A DNA stretch of 60,407 nt, filler included, from Stramenopiles sp. TOSAG23-3 (lineage: Eukaryota), in NCBI GenBank assembly GCA_900128585.1. It is 14 parts of 14 records of this genome, joined end to end, with 100 filler letters (N's around TTAATTAATTAA, not from the genome) between each part and the next. Parts side by side here need not be neighbours in the genome. Positions count along the whole stretch, not along the records: positions 51,900 to 56,103 come from LT643909.1; positions 56,204 to 60,407 come from LT643910.1; 12 more parts are not named here. One strand, 5' to 3'. Position 1 is the first letter of the stretch. Every line of letters begins with the position of its first letter. Shown one piece after another: positions 55,366 through 60,407 of the stretch. Under the pieces are notes generated by a model. That model did not search any database and was not told where the DNA came from. It worked only from the letters and a program-made list of their open reading frames with translations. Both the position numbers and the translations under genes were made by a program.

Positions 55366-55568
55366 AGTATGATTTTGATATTTTATTTTACTGTATTATA
55401 GTAGTCCTATGTTATGTCCTTTTTATTATTAATTATTTCTTTCTGGTTGGTTTTGTTTTATTAAATTTATAGTCGTATTTTATTATTAATGTTACGTTGT
55501 CAATGCTATGTTCTTCTTCTTCTATATTTTAATTTCATTTGAATAATAATAGCTAATTATAAAAACTT

Positions 55569-56102
55569 TTAACTCGACCCACTTTTACCACCGACCTGAA
55601 GCAATCTTCTCCTGCCACCTCCACAAGCTATTTCGTATTTTACGGTCTCAGCCTCGCCCTTTAACCATAAATTGTCATCACCCCGTGTTAATGTAACTTT
55701 TTCCCCATTCTCAGCCACGAACACAAGGCAATCGAGTAAGTTTGGGTTTGATTCGAAATCAAAATCGTAATCTGATTTGCAACTCGTGTCAATCCCAGCA
55801 AGCACTTTTGCCGCAGCAACACCGTTGCATTCCCCGGTGAAAGAAGAAGTCATTTCGAGAAATGATGGTGATGATGCTCTTGGAGATGACGCTCTTAGAG
55901 ATGATGTTTGCAAGAGATTTGTTTGACTTTTCAAACTTGCTTTGCTACCCTTTACTTCGACGCTGTTGGTTGGGTCGCACTCTTTATCCACACACTCTAT
56001 ATCCCTCGAAGGATTAAATGCACGGTTCTTGAATGGATGCTCCGGTGTTCCTGGCTGAAATTTCGATTTCTTGCCCAATTTATCTTTAAACCATTTGCCA
56101 AG
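55569..56102 (-). CDS. C-terminal part of a probable secreted protein ending GRRRLLQ..GSS (5' truncated)
   Basis: Open to the contig edge. NLLQTSSLRASS and SFLE segments, Cys pairs, and a terminal RRRLL motif. Confidence 0.65.
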   Translation of the reverse strand, partial: LGKWFKDKLGKKSKFQPGTPEHPFKNRAFNPSRDIECVDKECDPTNSVEVKGSKASLKSQTNLLQTSSLRASSPRASSPSFLEMTSSFTGECNGVAAAKVLAGIDTSCKSDYDFDFESNPNLLDCLVFVAENGEKVTLTRGDDNLWLKGEAETVKYEIACGGGRRRLLQVGGKSGSS

Positions 56103-56205
56103 ANNNNNNNNNNNNNNNNNNNNNNNNNNNNNNNNNNNNNNNNNNNNTTAATTAATTAANNNNNNNNNNNNNNNNNNNNNNNNNNNNNNNNNNNNNNNNN
56201 NNNTC

Positions 56206-56349
56206 TTAATTCATCTGGGGTACGACGAAACCGTGCGTGACTCGACAAAAGACGAGGTCCTGTTTCTGTCGGCCGAGTTGGCCAAAGGAGAGATAAGAAG
56301 ACTAAACGAGGATGCTCTTACCGGAGTTTTGATTACGAAAACGATTTGA
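56206..56349 (+). CDS. 3' fragment of an unknown gene
   Basis: Open frame from the contig start, LIHLGYDETVRD...LITKTI*, converging on PTH2. Confidence 0.5.
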   Translation, partial: LIHLGYDETVRDSTKDEVLFLSAELAKGEIRRLNEDALTGVLITKTI

Positions 56350-56387
56350 CCCCACACTATTATACCCAGGCGACTGTCCAGGGAAGA

Positions 56388-56981
56388 TCACATTAGCTTT
56401 AGGGGGTAGGCTCCCCCTGGGCCGGTGATTTTATTAATTTCGCTGACCGGGGCAGGGCCAATGGCGACGACAGTTCTGGACCCCGCGGCAATTTGGGTAC
56501 GACCAGCGTCGCACACGACATAAGAAACTAGTTTCAACTCGCGTGCCATTGCTTGGATGTTGAGCATCATTCCCTCGCTCGGACATTTTAGGGCAATCTT
56601 TGCAGAGCCTCCCCGCCAAAACTTCTTGTACAACTTCGGGGCTGCATACTCTGCTTTTTTCAACGCCCCAGTCGCACCATGGCACGCCTGTGCAACAATT
56701 TTTCCTTTCCCCATCTTTAAGTCTGTTCGAATGCATAGGACCATCTTTAAGTCTGTAAAGCACGACACATCATCGTTCACATCCCCATCTGAATCATCGC
56801 TGCTCTCTTCACCAGAAGATGCATCCTCCCCCGCGTCCTGTTTTGCTTTCCCCTTGGCCTGTTTCCCCGCCTGTACCCGACCGTTCAAGGCTTCGTGAAG
56901 CAGGTAACCGGCCAACAGCGAGCAGAGGTTCATTCCAAGGCTATACAATGACATACTTAACAATGCAGTAAATGGATCCAA
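56388..56981 (-). CDS. PTH2: Peptidyl-tRNA hydrolase 2 (start uncertain)
   Basis: KMVLCIRTDLKMGKGKIVAQACH, KIALK, DAGRTQIAAGSRTVVAIGP, plus an N-terminal hydrophobic anchor. Confidence 0.95.
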   Translation of the reverse strand: MDPFTALLSMSLYSLGMNLCSLLAGYLLHEALNGRVQAGKQAKGKAKQDAGEDASSGEESSDDSDGDVNDDVSCFTDLKMVLCIRTDLKMGKGKIVAQACHGATGALKKAEYAAPKLYKKFWRGGSAKIALKCPSEGMMLNIQAMARELKLVSYVVCDAGRTQIAAGSRTVVAIGPAPVSEINKITGPGGAYPLKLM

Positions 56982-57346
56982 ACCGACTAAAATCTAAAGC
57001 CAACTAATCGATATCAATCAATTCCTTTTTCATGCATGGCAGATAAAAGCAGACTTTAAATACCTTCAAACAAACTACGTCTTATTATTTTCAAAAGAAT
57101 CAATGTAAATCCCACCACCATCTCTTAACTTTTTTTCGTAGTATCAAACATCACGGAGAAGAAGAAGAACGAAAGAGAGAGATGTGATCTCTCTAAATCA
57201 AATGATAGGTAGTATAAATATTAATAAGTACAAATATTATGTATTATCATTAATAATATATGTACACAGCGACCAGCAAAAAACAACACACCACCACAGA
57301 ATAAAAAGGAGGATGGTTTTGACTTTTTTCTCTTTTTTCTTCTTCT

Positions 57347-58486
57347 TTACAAGTACTTGAATTTTTTCTTGAGGGGGATGCATTCTAACGTTGCGGGGGA
57401 TGGTATATCGGAGAGAAACTTTTTTATCATTAATGGCCCTTTCCCCTTTTTACCATCTTGGCCGGAGGACGATGCCACAGTCGTTTGAAGGGCAGCAGCG
57501 GAGTTCCCTTTTTTATTTTCTTTCGTGATCGACCTTACCGTTCGCAACATTGGTGGTCTTCCTCGTTTTTTTTTTGTACTTTGTCCGTTTTTGGAGGAGG
57601 GAACTTTTTCCCCTGGAAGCGTCTTCCCAAAGGGGATCGAGATCCCGGTAGGCACTACCTTAGCTTTCACCGAGCGGGCCTTTTCATCGATGGTGCACAG
57701 CAGGTGCAACAGGTCTTTGGAGTAGTCGGGGTGCTGCAAAATTTCTTCTACATGTTCGTCGGACGTCCCAATTTCAGTCAGCTGCGCCAACCGATCGGTT
57801 TTGGAGAGAGAAGGGTCTAGGGCTATTTTCGCCAACTTCTCTACTGCCCGCGACAATATTTTTTTGGGGACGTTTTTGGTCACGACGAAGCTCTTTCGCA
57901 AGCATCGCGCGACTTTTCGCGAGTTCCGCCTTTGCATAGAGTGCCAGTGGTTTTTTATCTGGTTGTCCGTGCGACCAGGAAGCATTTGTGCGATCAGAGC
58001 CCACTTGTTTCCGTGCAGCAATTGCCCGGCTCGGATGACATCCCCCTCCTCGTCCGTCAACGGGCCTTTCTTTATGCTCTTTGACAAGTGGTTGAACCAC
58101 CTGGTCCGGCATTGTTTCCCCGTGCGTTTGGAATAGTCTTCGCTTTGCATGTGCTTGTTCAAACACTCCGCCACCAGGGACCAGCGTTTTTTGCCGTACT
58201 CTGCGACCAAAACTCGAAGCTGCGCATCTTCTCCCACGGACCATGTTCGGCGTTCGTATGGCTGGAGCACCCCCCCCGCGTCTAATTCAGGGCGGGAGTC
58301 CAGGAGCAGTAGGGACTCGGCCGTCGCCGAGTCCACGCCTTCCCCGGCCTGAAACCGCACCGCCGCCGTGCTCGTCGGCGACGGCGACGAGGGCATCATC
58401 ATCTTCGTTGGCTCCTCCTTCAAACTTGCCCCGCTCTGTATCTCTGCAGGGCGGCGCTTCTGTTGCTGGTTCTTCGTAGCGCTCAT
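57347..58486 (-). CDS. R2R3-Myb transcription factor with AT-hook-like motif
   Basis: WSVGED...WSLVA...RTGKQCRTRWFNHL; GNKWALIAQMLPGRTDNQIKNHW; KKRGRPP. Confidence 0.92.
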   Translation of the reverse strand: MSATKNQQQKRRPAEIQSGASLKEEPTKMMMPSSPSPTSTAAVRFQAGEGVDSATAESLLLLDSRPELDAGGVLQPYERRTWSVGEDAQLRVLVAEYGKKRWSLVAECLNKHMQSEDYSKRTGKQCRTRWFNHLSKSIKKGPLTDEEGDVIRAGQLLHGNKWALIAQMLPGRTDNQIKNHWHSMQRRNSRKVARCLRKSFVVTKNVPKKILSRAVEKLAKIALDPSLSKTDRLAQLTEIGTSDEHVEEILQHPDYSKDLLHLLCTIDEKARSVKAKVVPTGISIPFGKTLPGEKVPSSKNGQSTKKKRGRPPMLRTVRSITKENKKGNSAAALQTTVASSSGQDGKKGKGPLMIKKFLSDIPSPATLECIPLKKKFKYL

Positions 58487-60335
58487 TTTTATCGTAACTA
58501 TCCCAAGGCGTCTTGTATGGTATATGTACTATATATTAAATAAAAAATCTCCGGCTGCGTATGTGTTGTTTGCCCGTTCTCTCTTCGTATGTACGCACGA
58601 GTGTATGAAGTAATGTCTGAGACAATAAGATGCTTCAATCGTCTGTTTTGATACGAAAGGTAACGATTCAATAGAGTAAACAAACAAAGTAGCCGGTGGT
58701 GGTATTTATTTTTGGTCGTCTTCTATTTCTACCGTACCCTACCGTGTTGTTTGTTGTGTTGTAGTTAACTTCTTCACATATTTTTTTTTGGCGGGGCTCA
58801 CTTACATTACATTTATTACATTTATTCATCTTCCTTTTCTGGTTCTATTTCTATGTAATTTAATTTTGTTTTTTTTTTAATAATATATAAATAATAGATG
58901 AATGAATGACGTTTGTAGAATAAATATAACAAAGACTAAAAAACAACAAGGACATACCATTGCTTTTTCATTTAATCATTTGGAAGTTACAAGTTTTCAG
59001 TTTTTAGTTCGTTAAACAAAGCTAAAATGTAATTAATATAATGTCCATATACAGACGGTAGCAATCAAAGCCTTCTTTGGGGATATGGGAAATTAGTGGC
59101 TGTTATGTAGGTTTCACTATTTTTTGACAACCAAAGACAAGCAAAGAAGAAGAAGAAAGAAGGAAGGAAGGAATGAAGAAAGGAATGAAGAAAGGAATGA
59201 AGGAAAGAAGGAAGGAAAGGAAGGAAAGAAGGAAAGAAGGAAGGAAAGGAAGGAAAGGAAGGAAAGAAGGAAAGAAGAAGAAGGATCATTTTCTTTTCTT
59301 TTATTTGAATCGTTTTGTTTATGTGTTTCAATCATATATTTATAACAAAAAAAAGAGAAGTATAAGTATTTAACTATGTGTAACAGGTACGGTGTAATAG
59401 AAGCAATGTACATAATAGTACTATAAAAATATACTTAATATATAATTAATATCAGTGAAACAAATTATATAAAATAGTTCAATAGTATAGCGGTATTGGA
59501 GGTAGGTTAGGTATTAAAATATATTTAAAATGTATAACGAACGTATTACATTCTATTTTGTTTATTTTCTGTAGTACTTATATTGTACACACTACTACGC
59601 GTATTATAATAAGCTTATTTAGATGATGTAGGAAGAAAGAAAGGTGAGGTTCCTCGTAAGGGTTAGGGGTTAGGTGAATGAAAAAATGAATGAATGAATG
59701 AAAGACTCGATCTTCATTTTTTTTTAGGTTTTATTATAAATTAGAAGGGACACTATATAGATAGAAAGAAAGACTACAATTTATAAATTGTTAAGTACAG
59801 TTTCATCTATATGATCGATCTATCATCAGCTCTTTTTTAAAAATTAAAACTCTTCTGAAAATTTCAACGAATCAATTTATTTATTTTAGATAATAATAAA
59901 TATTGAATATGTAAAACTATAATTTAATCAAAAGATAATAATTATTCTTTAATAGTTAGTCGTCTACTTATATATGAATATTAATATTTCAATGACCTTT
60001 CTAATACAACGTAATTGTACAAATAATGGCAATGACTATAATAAATAAAACAAATCGATTATCTTTCTTTCATCTATTTACTCACTAACTAGTACTACTA
60101 CTAGTATTAGTAGATGATAGGGAAGAAGGAATAGCTGATAGGGTAAGGAGAAGACGTAGAGAAGCACAGCAGCCAGAAGAAGAAAAACAAGACGTAGCAG
60201 GTGAGGAGCAAAAAGAGGACGATGTTGTGGTGCAACAAGGGGCAGAAGAGGAAAAAAGAGGGGAAGATTTTATATATAATTAATGGAAATGGAAAGAAGA
60301 AAGATCTTCTTCCTTTTTAATTTTTAATTTTCTCT

Positions 60336-60407
<72 letters not shown>

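Noticed and set aside
4247-56203. Regular ~4.3-kb periodicity of TTAATTAATTAA, and any gene-cluster reading across it
   Set aside because: It is an artificial linker between length-sorted contigs. Neighbouring contigs are not physically linked, so no operon or cluster can be inferred.
59659-59674. Telomere-like AGGGTTAGGGGTTAGG
   Set aside because: Only ~2 imperfect units, and internal to the contig.

Overview
This is not one continuous locus. It is 14 unrelated ~4.2-kb contigs, ordered by decreasing length (4246 down to 4204 bp) and joined by artificial 100-nt N-TTAATTAATTAA-N linkers. The DNA is eukaryotic: gene-dense and intron-poor, with two clear GT-AG introns carrying CTAAC branch points, AT-rich intergenic DNA, and GAA/TTTC microsatellites at many contig ends. 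The gene set suggests a flagellated protist, possibly a stramenopile (inference only). About 30 complete or partial genes are visible, including an amino-acid permease, tetraspanin, aminoacylase-1, PSMD5, an ABCD transporter, PTH2, an R2R3-Myb, a Tweety-like protein, an SMCHD1/GMI1-like hinge protein, a C2/EF-hand protein and several Cys-rich secreted proteins. Main findings: (1) A modular dispersed element with core AAAACAAGAAAATTGGCTGTTATTTAAGTAATTAAAAT occurs 10 times in 6 unlinked contigs; 8 copies lie sense-oriented 0-150 nt after a stop codon. (2) A CDKN3/KAP homolog has both catalytic residues replaced (C->S, D->N). (3) There is a 245-bp foldback MITE-like element. (4) A ~200-nt structured GC-rich 3' segment follows a small secreted-protein gene. 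(5) Unusual domain architectures include PH-TM-CRAL/TRIO and cyclase-type TM blocks with no cyclase domain. All family calls come from motif recognition, not database searches.
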